Assembly: GCA_030265395.1 (NCBI GenBank)
Contig: JARFYF010000051.1
Location: 15,925,552-15,989,551, forward strand
Length of the DNA: 64,000 nucleotides
DNA from: Rhina ancylostomus
Taxonomy: Eukaryota
Direction of reading: 5' to 3'
Shown one piece after another: positions 1-12,500 of this stretch. Position 1 is the first letter of the stretch. The number at the start of each line of letters is the position of its first letter. The notes beneath the pieces were generated by a model. The model had not been told where the DNA came from and searched no databases. It saw only the letters and a program-made list of their open reading frames with translations. The position numbers were made by a program, and so were the translations under genes.

Positions 1-425
1 GCACCTCCAACAATACTTGAGAACATCCAGGGCAAAGGCACAGAATTGACTGGTACCACATTGGCTGCACTAAACATTCACTCCCTCCACCACCCTCGCA
101 CTATGTGTAAAATGCGTGTCATTTACAAAATGTATGGAGTTACTTAACTGCGCTCCTTGGGCAGTACCTTCCAAACCTGAGACCTCTGCCATGGGAGCAT
201 CACCACTTATAGAATTCACTCTAATTACCACACCATCATTGCTGTTCTTAGGTCAGAATCCCAGAACATTCTATTCTACTACCTAATGACAGTACTTACA
301 CAGGGTCTGTAACAGATCCAAAAAAAGGTCACTACTACTTTCTCAAGGACAATTAGAGTTGGGGAATAAATGTTGGTCTTGCCTTGAGCCAATCCCCACC
401 CACTTCTGCCACCTCAACATCCTGA
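1..425 (+). mobile_element. Degraded CR1/L2-type LINE 3' fragment
   Basis: Its tail (…cccaacattct…ttctcaagggcaattag…aataaatgttgg…-like) recurs at ~30190-30510 and ~36950-37140. Confidence 0.5.
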
Positions 426-999
426 AAAATGAATGAAGAACATTGACTGGGCACTTCCATTTGTGATTACCATGTATACACATCATACGTTTGATCCATA
501 GCAGTAATNNNNNNNNNNNNNNNCTTCAGTTTGATCACTAGCAATTGCAGTCTCTTTTTGGGGTACTCCATTGTGTAAGACACTGCAATTTAAAAGACCA
601 TTTGCACAACTTACACAAATGTCTACAGTCTATTGCAGAACACTCAGGAAACTGCCAGCTGATTCTGAAATCTGCACCTACATTAGTTTTGCGTGATGAG
701 CGCTGCCATTTTTACACAATCTCTTTACCTTGGCCATTTCCTTTGATGTCCCACTAGATGTGTTGCATGAGTTGGAGCTGCAGGATAAGTATCAGAGGCA
801 AGACGACATGGCCACAGACACCAAGAAATAAGGGGAAGAAGTGCTCATATTGCAAGAGGCTAGAGTGCTCATATTGCCAGAGGTTTCAGGAAGCCACACT
901 CAGAGGGCCAATCAGAGGACCAATGAATCCAGGAGCTAGGGCTTTTAAAGTCATTGGTGATAGAGATGTGCTGTCTGCCTGCAGGCAGAGCTCTAACCA

Positions 1000-1676
1000 C
1001 ATACCTTGAATCAGAATAGTTGTAATCATAGAGGTCAAGATCACACTCGGCTTGACATTACTGGCCTTCTGATCATGTGGTAGCTGATTAATGCCATATT
1101 TCATAGTCTGCTGCTCATTATAGCATTTGGGAGAGTCTGGAGAAGGATGCAAGGTCTCAGTTCATCCCAAGCAGCTGCTTAATAGAGGACTCTCTGATCT
1201 ACAGGCTGTTCCCAGGGATGCACAATGAAATAGACCAAGTTCTGCTTGAAGATCATCAACTTGGTGAAGGATGCTCTTTGGTCTGCTCGAAACTTGTTGG
1301 TCTCACCGTACAATGAGATGTCCAAAAGGGAATGCTCTCAACTGGCATGTTCCAGGGAGGTGGAGTATGTGTTGAGGGACACACTGAAGCTAGGTGCAGC
1401 CGACATCATGACATTGTGGGGAAGGTCTGCAGTCTAGGGACCTTCTGCACTTGACATTGAGGGGATAAGTCCAGGGTAGAAGCCCCTCAAACATTTGACA
1501 TTGTTATCATCAGAGGAGGCCACATGAATGGCAAAGGTGCTTTGTATACCAAATGTGCAAACACTACTCAAGTATCAAACCAATAGCATTGTGAATGTAT
1601 AGACTGATCAACTCTACGGTAAACAGAGCCGTGTACTTGTATGTATTTGAATAAAGTTTATTTTTAAAATAAAAAC
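1000..1676 (+). mobile_element. Tx1/L1-clade LINE 3' end
   Basis: ORF 1246..1437 IINLVKDALWSARN...YVLRD..KLG....LWG resembles the Tx1 ORF2 C-terminus. The 3' UTR ends in aataaa plus an A-rich tail at 1650-1676. Confidence 0.7.
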
Positions 1677-1689
1677 ATGGAGGGCATCT

Positions 1690-2110
1690 GCATTTCCTTC
1701 AGCAGAGCTGCAAGATTTGTGAGCATTGTGAGGGTTTCTTAAAGTTTTCTGGGTGATAGACTGCTTGTGATGTTTCGAGGTTCCCTATAAAGCTCTTAAG
1801 AGCTTTTTCTGAATCGTAAGAGTTATCATCCCTTAATATACAAATTGTGATAGACTGAGAGAAGAAATGTCTTATGGTCATTGCCATGAATTCACATACT
1901 TTTACTCTTATCCACCTTTGTTGCCTACCATACTTCAGGCTATACCGCATTGTTATGGATGTGGAGGATAAGGACTATGTCCTCCTTCCTTGGCATATGA
2001 CACTTCTTCAGGCTCCAGAGAATGTGGCAAAGCATCACTATAAAAAAAGTCATGTGTTTGCACCATTCCAGGGATGCACTGGAGTTCTCACCAGACAAGT
2101 TTTATATGTT
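1690..2110 (+). mobile_element. PIF/Harbinger DNA-transposon transposase fossil (HARBI1-like)
   Basis: Frameshifted motifs in the correct order: GFLKVFWVIDC (~GFP.V.GAIDC), FLNRKSYHPL/NIQIVID (~F.NRKG.HS.N.Q.VCD), EDKDYVLLPWHMT...HYKKSH (~GDKGYPL.PWLMTP...YN..H). Confidence 0.8.
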
Positions 2111-3498
2111 GCCATTGTAATATGTGCCAAGTCTACTGACTTCTGCATAAAGCCAACCATTAAGACATTTAAGTGCTCCCTGAAAACCAGTTGTGTGTAA
2201 CTCATGTTAAGAGATATTTTTCCCTCCTCATCCTCTGGCAGGTAGCCCTAATAAACAGTGCTTGTGTACCTCCTTTCTGAAGACCCAAGGTACAGTCATC
2301 AGGGTTCCCATTTGTGACACAGAAGGAAACCATTCAGCCAATCGTGTCTATGACGGTCAGAAAAGAGATACCCAGTCTAATCCCACCTTCCAGCACTTGA
2401 TCCGTCACCCAGTGCATCATGGTTCTTCAAGTACACATATAAGTACTTTTTAACTGAGGTGATCATTTCTGTTCTGCCTCTCTTTCAGGCAGTGAGTTCC
2501 AGGTCTCCACCACCTTCTGGGTGTAAAGATTTTTCATTATTTCCCCTCTAGTCCTTCCACTAATTAAATCTATGCCTCATGGTTTATGACCTCTTAAGGG
2601 AAGTCAATCCTCCCTATTTTCTCAGTCTAGATCCTTCAGTTTTAATCACCTTAATTAATTCTCCCCTGAGCCTCCTCTGTTCCAAAGAAAACCCTGGTTT
2701 ATTCAGTCTATCCTCATAGCTAAAGTTTTCCATTCCTGGCAACATACTTGGCAATTACACCATTCATGTCTAACTGAAACCCATCCATGTTTATGTTAAA
2801 CTATATTTTAAGTCATCCATGACTTCTCAAACTCAACCAAGAATTAAATTCCAGCAAATCTATAGAGAAGTTCTCTTCCTCATCAATCACCAATAAATCT
2901 CCCAATTGACAGCCCTGTGAATAGCCTAGGGGGGAGCATTGGGGAAAGGGATTCTTCCTGCTGCTAAATGCTAGGATCTTCATGCATATCTTGCTGGATT
3001 GCAGTTGTCCACGGTAGAGAGAAATGTTAGAAGAAATTACTGAAAGCAGACAGTTATTGAAGCATGTACCCGAGGAAAAGACTTAAAACAAATTTCAGGT
3101 ATCCATCTCATTTCTGTTATAAATAAAAAAGAGGAAGGCACAAGGCTAATTGAAGAGACAACAGGACAATGCAGTTAGTTTTCAGTTACTTGTATAAAAG
3201 CCAGTATGGACGTGATGGATTGATTGACTTCCTTCTTAGAGAGCTATGGTTTTAAAAGGTCCATTTGTTTCTTAGAAATTTGTATGTCTGAGGTACAGGA
3301 AACATAGTTCATTGTTTTTCCCAGCTTGGACATGGATATATTTTGATCTTTTTCATCTTCCATGAGATTACGTGTAATTGAATGGATCAGTATCAAACGT
3401 GTCTCCATCACACTAGGTGGAATAAACATGATGGATCAGATGTTTGTACCAGACAAGTTTTAGTAATTCTGAAACACTTTTTTTTGCTTGTAAACCAG

Positions 3499-3588
3499 GA
3501 GAGTGAAATTGAGAGCAGCTCAGCAGAAAGTCGAGTTTCCGGCAAGCAGAATATAATGTTAAGAAATGAAAAAACTTCTGTACTACAG
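3499..3588 (+). CDS. Plus-strand gene candidate first coding exon (ESEIESSSAESRVSGKQNIMLRNEKTSVLQ)
   Basis: aaaccag| acceptor, CAG|GTATGA donor, open only in phase 0, ATG at 3556 with A at -3. Confidence 0.5.
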
Positions 3589-6500
3589 GTATGAAAATTT
3601 TAAGTGATCATCATCAATAATCTCCCTGTTGAATTTTGCTCTTATAGTATGTTACGGACTAGGTTACAATTAGTGAGGTTCCTTTAAGATAGTGTGTGTG
3701 TGGCGTGCTTATGTCAATAGAAGATAAAGAACGTCATAACGTTGTTGTTGAAACAACCAGTCGGAGTCAGTCTGAAGGAGAGAGAGAGATGGAAGAACGA
3801 GAGAGAGAGAGAGAGAGAGACACCAGCCTGCTTGTTTACTCTGTCGATGGATGAGAAACAATAACTGTGACTGTCACTGCAATCCACGTATGGATTGTTG
3901 AGAGTAATCCGGTGGNNNNNNNNNNNNNNNNNNNNNNNNNNNNNNNNNNNNNNNNNNNNNNNNNNNNNNNNNNNNNNNNNNNNNNNNNNNNNNNNNNNNN
4001 NNNNNNNNNNNNNNNCAAGTTTAGTTAGTTTTTGGGGGTTAATGTTTGGGGTTTAACATTTTTACTTTTATTTTACTTATTATCATAAGTAGTTATTAAT
4101 AAAGTTTTTAACACTTATACATGTCTCAGTGTGTTTCTGTTGTTGCTGGTACGTAGCAAGTATTGTGATGAGCTCTAACATTTTTTTTCATTACTTTGAA
4201 AATGGATCTGAATGAAAGGATTTGTACCTTTATGACACCTTTTTGTGTTCAGGATGTGCCATTGTTTAACAGACATTTAAATTTATGAAGTACAACTACT
4301 ATTGTATTGTTGGCAAGCGCGGTAATCAACTTGTGCATGTTATGGCTCTGCAAGCAGCAAAAAGACAAACTAGTTGTGTTACAGAATGGAGATTAGTCAA
4401 GAGGACCCTTGTGGTATGGGTCTTTTGTACTCGTGTCTTGACAGAAGGGCAGTGGTATAGGGTACTTGGGCCAGTATGGGACAAGTTAACGAGTATCTTG
4501 TTTTCTACTGAACACGGTTTAAAGTTTTGTGTGCAGTAGGTCAGGCCTCGCATGTGTAACCATTCTCATAGGCCTTTCCTCTAGTATCTCTTACCATGAT
4601 GGAGAGTGATAGAGATCAGGACTGGGTAAGGGATAGAGATGGTGGGCAGCACAACATGGTGGACTGTAGGGCCTTTATTGTGCTGTATTGTTCTATGGTT
4701 CTATGGATAGAGGGAGAAAATTACAGGGTGTGTAGTGATGACCAGAAGGAAGATCGTGCAGGTAGTAAAAAGGGCTTGGAGAAAAAAACAGGAATGCTGG
4801 GGAGGAAATGATGGGGATGATACTGAATTAGGATCTGGAAGAAATTTGAAGAAAAGGTTGGAGAGATAAAGGGATCAATTGAAAGATTATGGCGACCAGT
4901 CAGAGAGTGGGGAAAAGTCTGGGGAGCAAGGGAGGGTGTTGAGAGGGCATTCAGACCAATCCAGGGGTGAGTGGAAATCAGGAACATACCTTAAGATTAA
5001 TGTCTCTGACTCCCCAACATTAGCCCCAGTAAAGTTGGGTCTCATAACTAAATCTGGAGCAGACTTCAAACCTCTGACTTTGAGTTTTATGCCATTTGTG
5101 AACCGTGCATGAGTAGTTAAAAATTATGTTATTTGTGTATGTTACATTGCGAATGCATAGTGAAGTTAATCAGTTCAATTTACACTGATTAACTTTCCTT
5201 ACATACCCAGTAGGAAGTAGATACTTTGAAGGGTCCTGATCAATTTTCCAGAATTGTGCAGTATTGTGTATTGATCACATTTACCATTCTTGTTTTAGAT
5301 AAACTTAACTTGCATAGCACATGAAATTCATGCACAGCATGAAAGAATTTCTAGATTAAAGTTCTCATCAGTGCAACACTCATCTGTCATATAGAGACAA
5401 AAGAGCTGGCAGTTGAAATGTCAGCTGGAATTACTGAGTGTTCATATGTACTTGGATGTGTTTCTAAAACTTTTGTTAGGGTATCTGATCTAATTCGGTG
5501 TCCTGAAATGGTAACTCTGTTTCTCTTTCTGCAGATGGTGCCTGACCTGCTGAACTCTTTTAGTATTTTCCATTTTTTTCATTTCAGATTTCCAGCACCT
5601 GCAGTTTTTTGATTTTCATAGTGTTATGATTAGCTTTCTTATTCTAAAAAGAAGGAAAGAGGAAGAAGAGTTATGACTAAGAGAATATTGATTTTCTTTA
5701 TTTAAGAATTTCATTCAGTGAATTTCATGTTCAAAGAACGAAAAAGACTCAATGGAGACTATTTATGGCATTCCTATATGTGATTGCTTTAGGGAAGTGC
5801 TGTTGATTCAAGTCCTTGGGACAGTGAAGAAGAAGGCCTTTCTAAACATAAGGAGGTTAAACAGGAGAAGAGGTAAACACATTATGTCATATTGAGATGG
5901 GATGACAATGACAATAAATACAGATAAACAGTTTTTAATTGCAACAGATGTATTTTTCCAAAACTTTTTTTCACATTTTGATTCCCTTCGTCTCTTAATG
6001 CTGCTGACACATTCTGGGGTTGTTTATTTGTATATTTGGTATATTTCTCCATTCTATTTCTTTTACTCTTATTGTGGTATATCAATAATCTATTCATTTA
6101 AGAGAGGGTATCACACCTGGGCTCAATCCAATCTTCACCTGATGTAAGAATAAGAACTTCAGAATTTGAAGCATAAGCAGCCCATTGATTCCTTGAGACT
6201 GTTCCACCATTTACCAAGATCATGGCCGATCCTGTATCTTGCCCACATTCCTGCCCAATCCAAACATCTTCTGATTCCCTTAATGTACAAAAAATAACTA
6301 TTGATCTCATCCTTGAATATTGGCAATTACTAAACACCCACAGTGTTCTAAATTATAATCCTCCATGTAAATATATTTCTCTTCATCTCAATTCTAGATG
6401 GCCAATCCCTTATCCTGAGACAATGCTTCCGAGTTCCAGACTCTCCAGCAAGAGGAATTAGCCTCTTTGACATCCACCCAATCAAATTCTTTCAGAATTT

Positions 6501-9500
6501 TGCACATATCAATGAGATTATCTAAACTCCAGTGAGCATAAGTTTGTCTTTCTCAGTTTCTCCTCATGGGAAAGCCCTTTCATTCTCTAGAATCAATCTG
6601 TATTGATTCTAAAATAAGTATATGCTACTTTGGGGAAGGAGACAAAACTGCACAAATAAGGTCTCTCTAGATAAAAGCCTTGTACAATCACAATGAGACT
6701 ATCTTACCTTGTTCTATAATCTGCTTGTGATATCCAAAATACCATTGGTTTTCCTTTATTTTGCCTTACCTGCATCTCAGTAACTAAAACAATATTCCTC
6801 TGTACACTAACCTTTATTAGTTTCCCACTGTTTAACAAGTAGTCTGTTTCTATTTTTCCCAAACAATACTCCACTAGTCATTTCTTTGACTATTCAGTCT
6901 GCTGATGACCCTTTTCAGACTTTTTATGCCATCCTCAGAGCTCACTTTTCTTCCTGCCCAGTATTAGCAAACCTGGATACACTTCATTCCATTTCTTCAT
7001 CTAAGTCATTAATATAAATTGTGCATAACTGCAGTTCCAACTGGCACCACACAGACTGTTGACCTGAAAGTGGCATTTTAATTCCTATTCTCTGCTTTCT
7101 GTCTTTTAACCAATTCTGAATCCATACTAATACTTTATGCCCAACCCCATGAGCCCTTATTTTAACAAAAAAACACATGTGTCACTCTGTCCTGCTAGTT
7201 GTATCCTTCAGAAATTATCCTGTGTTTGTCAAACTGTATAATTATTAAGAGTAGGAATCCTGACATCACTTTTCTCCTTTTCACAACAGTCCTGTTGAAT
7301 GGATCCTAGGGAATGGACCATTATCCTGTTGAGTTCAACAAACTCGACAAATACTGGTGATTGAATCTGGAACCTTACCAGAAAATTTGCGTTGTCCATT
7401 GCATACCAAACACCAGGGAGGACAAGAGGCCTGGGGCAGCATGCAATTTCCAAGTTGTCTGGACACAGTCACGAGATGTGACAAGAATCCCTCGGTATAA
7501 ATAATAATATTTCAAATGTAATCTTTTCAAAATAAGTAAATTACAGCACTCACAATAATAGTAACAATTTCCCCCTTTTTTGCAGTATTTTGACAACTCA
7601 TGGTGCTTAGTTGAAGATCTCAGCAGCTTATGGCTAGTTAGGCAGTGATGGAGCAATTAAATTCAGGGATGCTGAAGAGGCTAGAATTGGAGGAGTGCAG
7701 ACAGCTTGGCACGTTATAGAGAAGAAAGAGATTACAGAGATAGGCATGGGCAAGACCAAAAACAAATTTAAAAATTGATCTATCATTGACTGTATCAATC
7801 TGGGCCCACAAGCTCAGAGGCAATGGGTGAATGGGACTTGGTATAAGTTGGCTAAGAGGATCAAAGTTTTGGAATAACTTAAGATTATGGAATGTCCAGC
7901 AAATGAGGCCAAGCAGGAGTTTGTTGTAAGTTAGATTTAGAGACAACACAAGATTTTCAGCAGCAGATGAGCTATGTCAGGGCCGAAGCTGGGCAGTTTT
8001 AGGGAAGTTCTGGTGGCAAAGATGTAAAGTCCAAATTCAACTTATCTTGTTATCTTAACATTCTTTACATACAAGAAGGTAAGTATAAGGACAAGGAAGG
8101 AGTCCATTCAGCGCATTGAGTGTTCGCCACCTCCTAGGGGAGCAATTCCGAAAGTTGCATTCCTGCTTCTTATTTCTCTGTAGCCCTGTGAGTTATTCTC
8201 TTTCACACATGCCCATCAACTCCCCTCTGATTTTTTTTTTACGATTAACCTGTACCAAGGGGTAATTTACAGCAGGCAATTAACCTACGTGCATATCTTT
8301 GGGATATGAAAGGAAACCACAGTGCTCAGATGAAACCCATGTGGTCACAGAAAGAATGTGCAAACTCTGTGCCAACAGCACCCAAGAGCAGGATGAAACC
8401 CAAGTCCCTGGAGCTAAATGACAGAAGCTCTGACCGCTATGTCACTGTGCTGCCACCTAAGGTTGTATATGACATCAAGGTTACAAGCAGTCTTCTTCAG
8501 TTTTGGACAGTTGCCACGGTTATGATGGAGTTGATGGCTGTGGAATGAGATATGGCAAGGGCAGAAGACATTTGCTTTAATCTACCTAATATTTAACTGT
8601 TTTGTCAGAAAACTGTCTGACAAATTGGAAATGGTAGGTGAGACAAGAGAGGCACTGGTGAGGTAGGGTTTGACCTCATTAATATGGACGTGGGAATTGT
8701 GTTTTCAGATGTTGCTGAGGACACCATGTAGTTGAAAAATAGGAGGGGGTCCAAGTTTGATCCTTTGGGCACACCAGAGTTAATGATGTGGGAGTGAGAG
8801 GAGAAACCATTTCTAGAGATTCTTGGGCTTTGGCTGGGTAGATAAGAAAGGCACCTTCCAACCGGAGGACAGTGGAGAACCATTGAAGAAGGGTGGTTTG
8901 GTTAACAAAGTATTTGTCTGGGAACAGGTCAGGATGACATGGGCAAATAAAATACTTTTGTCACAAAGACATAAGTTGTTACTAGTGACTTTGATTGAAG
9001 TTCCTTCAATACTGTGATGGAGTGGAAACTTGATTGGAGAGATTCAGACAAGGAGTTCTAGGTAAGGTGGGCACAAGTTTGGATGTTGTAACACTCACTA
9101 ATCAACCAGCCAGTGATAATCAGATTTTTAATTATTTTAGTACACAATCAAGGGTTCCATTTTGTGAATAGCTAGCACCAGTTGAAGATGAGTCAAAGTT
9201 AATTAAAACATCATCAGATCCTGTGTCCCACCATCTGTGCCACTGTGCTTAAACAAACTGCTATGCTCCAGAATTTTGTGTGCATTGCTAATGCAATACG
9301 CCACTTCCTCAGCCACACCTCCATACCTCCTTACCCCCTACCCTTCTACCTTCAAAATTCATCAGTTAGATCTCCAGCTCAACATTCAATGCTTCAGAAA
9401 AGCTTTCACACATACTGCTTGTCCAAACTTTGCACCAACATGACAGTCTTCACACATTGTTAGCTATTCAAAGATGGAATTATGGATGTCTGTCTCTGAC

Positions 9501-12500
9501 TCAGAGAATGTGTGTCTGAAAGCAGGACTTTTAAGGTATAGATCCAAGTATCAAGAGCTTTAACCTTAATGTACCTTGAGAGCTCATAGTATTTCTTTCT
9601 GAATTGCTTTATGTTTCTTCTGGCAGTCCTGTTTGGTTGCTCTGCATCTATCTCTTGTCTGTCATTTTAAGCTTTGGCCCTTCAAGACCTCCAAATCCCC
9701 CTAGTCTAAAATATCTGGCATGAATTTCATCCACGAGGACCTCCAGTTGCAATCTATAAAGTGGTGCAGCCACACTCCCTCCCATTTCCTATCTAATGCT
9801 CATTTGAGAATCCATGCAAACTGCACCTTATAACAGCTTTGTGGATAAAGATCCTTTAAAGGCTGGAATCTTGACCCGTTAGCTCCATGACTAAGTACTG
9901 AAATGTGCACACATTGTTGCACTAGGAATCTATTGACATCGCTGCCCAAAGATATCATAGGCAGGAGATGACCAGCTGAAAGAACAAGGCAAACTGGAAG
10001 TGAAATAATGTCATTACAGGGTGAGCTTTCCTGTCAAGATGAGTTGATCTGGTATCTCAGTGACACTTGCTGTGGCATGAATGCAATACTCATGACCCAT
10101 CTAATCACACTGAAGCAGCAAGAGCACGCTGTAGTCATCAGCCCAAGTGTCCCATCCCTAGGAGCTGTGGATGTGGCCAAGGAGGATATCTGTTCCAAAC
10201 TTGAAAATGTTTCCAAAACCCTTTCAAACCCTAACCTACATTCTAGATGGAGGCTAACTGATATTCCTGGACAATTTCATTGCCAGAATTGGAAGAGATG
10301 TACTCCTCTGGCAAGGAAGATCTAGGAAAAGCTAATTCAAACAGACTCCTCCTCAGCAACAAAATGCTTAGAGCATGGTAATATCAATGCCAAAATCCTG
10401 GTGTGCCAGAGCTAAATGCAGGACCGCATGGCAATGCTCGCTCCAGGCACTGGCCTCTGTTAGATTGTTGTTGTCCAAGCAAAAGGCTACAAGGATGTCT
10501 GCACCATCCATGCCATTACAGATAATGATGACTTTTGGATGGACTGCATCCCATCATCTATTATTTCTGTCAGGCTAGTCCCAAAACATCAACAGCAACA
10601 GAAATGGTATTGAAGGGAAATCAATGTTAAAGATCTTAAGGACCCCAGAATGACAGTTCTTCCCAGACAGCATTCTCATAGGTAACCTGACAATTCCTAA
10701 CCAGCAGGAGTCGCAGATAGTCCGTAGCACCTGGACTGTCCTGAAAGCTGCTCTAATTAGCACCTGTGAAGAGATTCTTGGCTTTTAACCAGAAAACCCC
10801 AGGTCTAGTTTCATGAGAATGAGCAAGAGATGCAGGAGCTCATTATTGCAGGCTTTCTTGGATTGGAAGTACCAAACAAATGACTGTATAGGCTCCTGGA
10901 AATGGAGGTACAGTGGAACACCTGTGACCTAAAAAAAAGATGATGGGTGAAAAATAAACAGAGCATCTCACAATTCACTAAAGACTATGATATGCACAGA
11001 TTCTTCAGCACTGCTGAGACTATCTATGGCCCAACACCCCACTAAGAGCCAAGAGCGAAGGTTGATTTATCAAGATTGGTGATGGGGTCAGTCTACATTG
11101 GAATGAAAACTCCTCAGTTCTGACTACGTTATTAGCAGACCTTGCCACCACCCCTTTTGAACAAGGTCACATAGGTCATATGCCCTTAAGAGTAAATGTT
11201 TCACCTGCTAAAATTTGAAAACTTGCCAAAGAGGAACTTTTGTCATATGTTCACAACCTCATCTCCGTGTCTGGAAAGAGAAAGGTGTACCAGGGATATC
11301 AAAGAGGTTTTATAATCACAGTCATCTTCATGATGGATAACAAGGAGACAGATGCAGTTGCAGAGTGATCTCCCTCTATCTACTTCAGGGAAAGTCATCA
11401 CTGAGTCCTCCTCAACCACCTACTCCTGATGGCATTGTTAGCTCTTCATTGAAATATGAGAGAATTGATCTTACACAACAGCTACAAAACTGACCCCAGT
11501 GAAGGTTTATAGTGGACCTTTCATCCAAAAATAAATGTCTATATAAAGCTGCACTCCAATCTGAACTAAAAACCTGGAAAACTTGGATATCTTCCAATAC
11601 TTCAGAATCCACCTTTTGGTAAAGGTAGACATTAATGTTGAAATTCACTATTGCCCTTTGTGCACCAGCCAACCATCTGAGGAAAAGATTGAAGATCCAG
11701 ACAAACCTAACACAAAGCTCATGGTCCACCAGGCAGCACTAATCTCTGCCCTCTTCTATGCTTTTAAGACATGAACTACTCACAACAAGCACCTCAAAGC
11801 ACTGACGATGCTGTCTCTGCAAAATTCTGCAAATCTATTGGCAGGATAATCAAGCCAGTATCGACGCCATCTCCCAGGCCAGCATCCCCTAATTACACTC
11901 CATCAAATATGATAGACAAACCATTTTGTTCACATTTCCAGCATGGAACTTCCAAAATGGATTTTCAATTATAAGTTCCAATATAACAAGAGATTGCCCA
12001 ATGGAGAAAGGAGATGAATCAAAGTGTTCTTGGAAAAGTTGTAGCATCCTTAATGGCTCAAGGGAATCCCTAGCTGATAGCTACTCAAAATGGAGAGAAC
12101 ATGCAGGATGATATTGAGAACCTCCAGTCCCTGCATTGGTACATGCTGAAGGACTATATCACTTCCCAAACCACCTACTGGCTTGTCCTGTCTACTACCC
12201 TCTGCACTATCTATAGTGCAGTCTGTAGGTCTCACAAAGATCTTGTTAAGCACCATGGAACCCATAGCACTGAACTGGAAACAAGTCGTCCTTGATCCCA
12301 ATGGAATGCTTAAGAAGAAGCAATCAAAAACTACAGTCCTAATGCTCTAGCATGTATCAGCCTGGGTAAAAACTGCTCAGCATGTTTAAATGCTATTAAG
12401 GAGCAAGTGAATTTTTAAACAAATTGGTTTTGCAATATACACTTCTGAAGAAAGTTAACAAATCACTGAGTTGCCCTTACCCTTCTCCCACTCAAGAAAA

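Noticed and set aside
3005-3098. Possible upstream coding exon of the plus-strand gene (MLEEITESRQ...)
   Set aside because: There is an in-frame TAA before the donor. At most it is a 5'UTR exon or uORF.
4280-5150. Possible Penelope-like element remnant
   Set aside because: The motifs are too decayed to support a call without a search.
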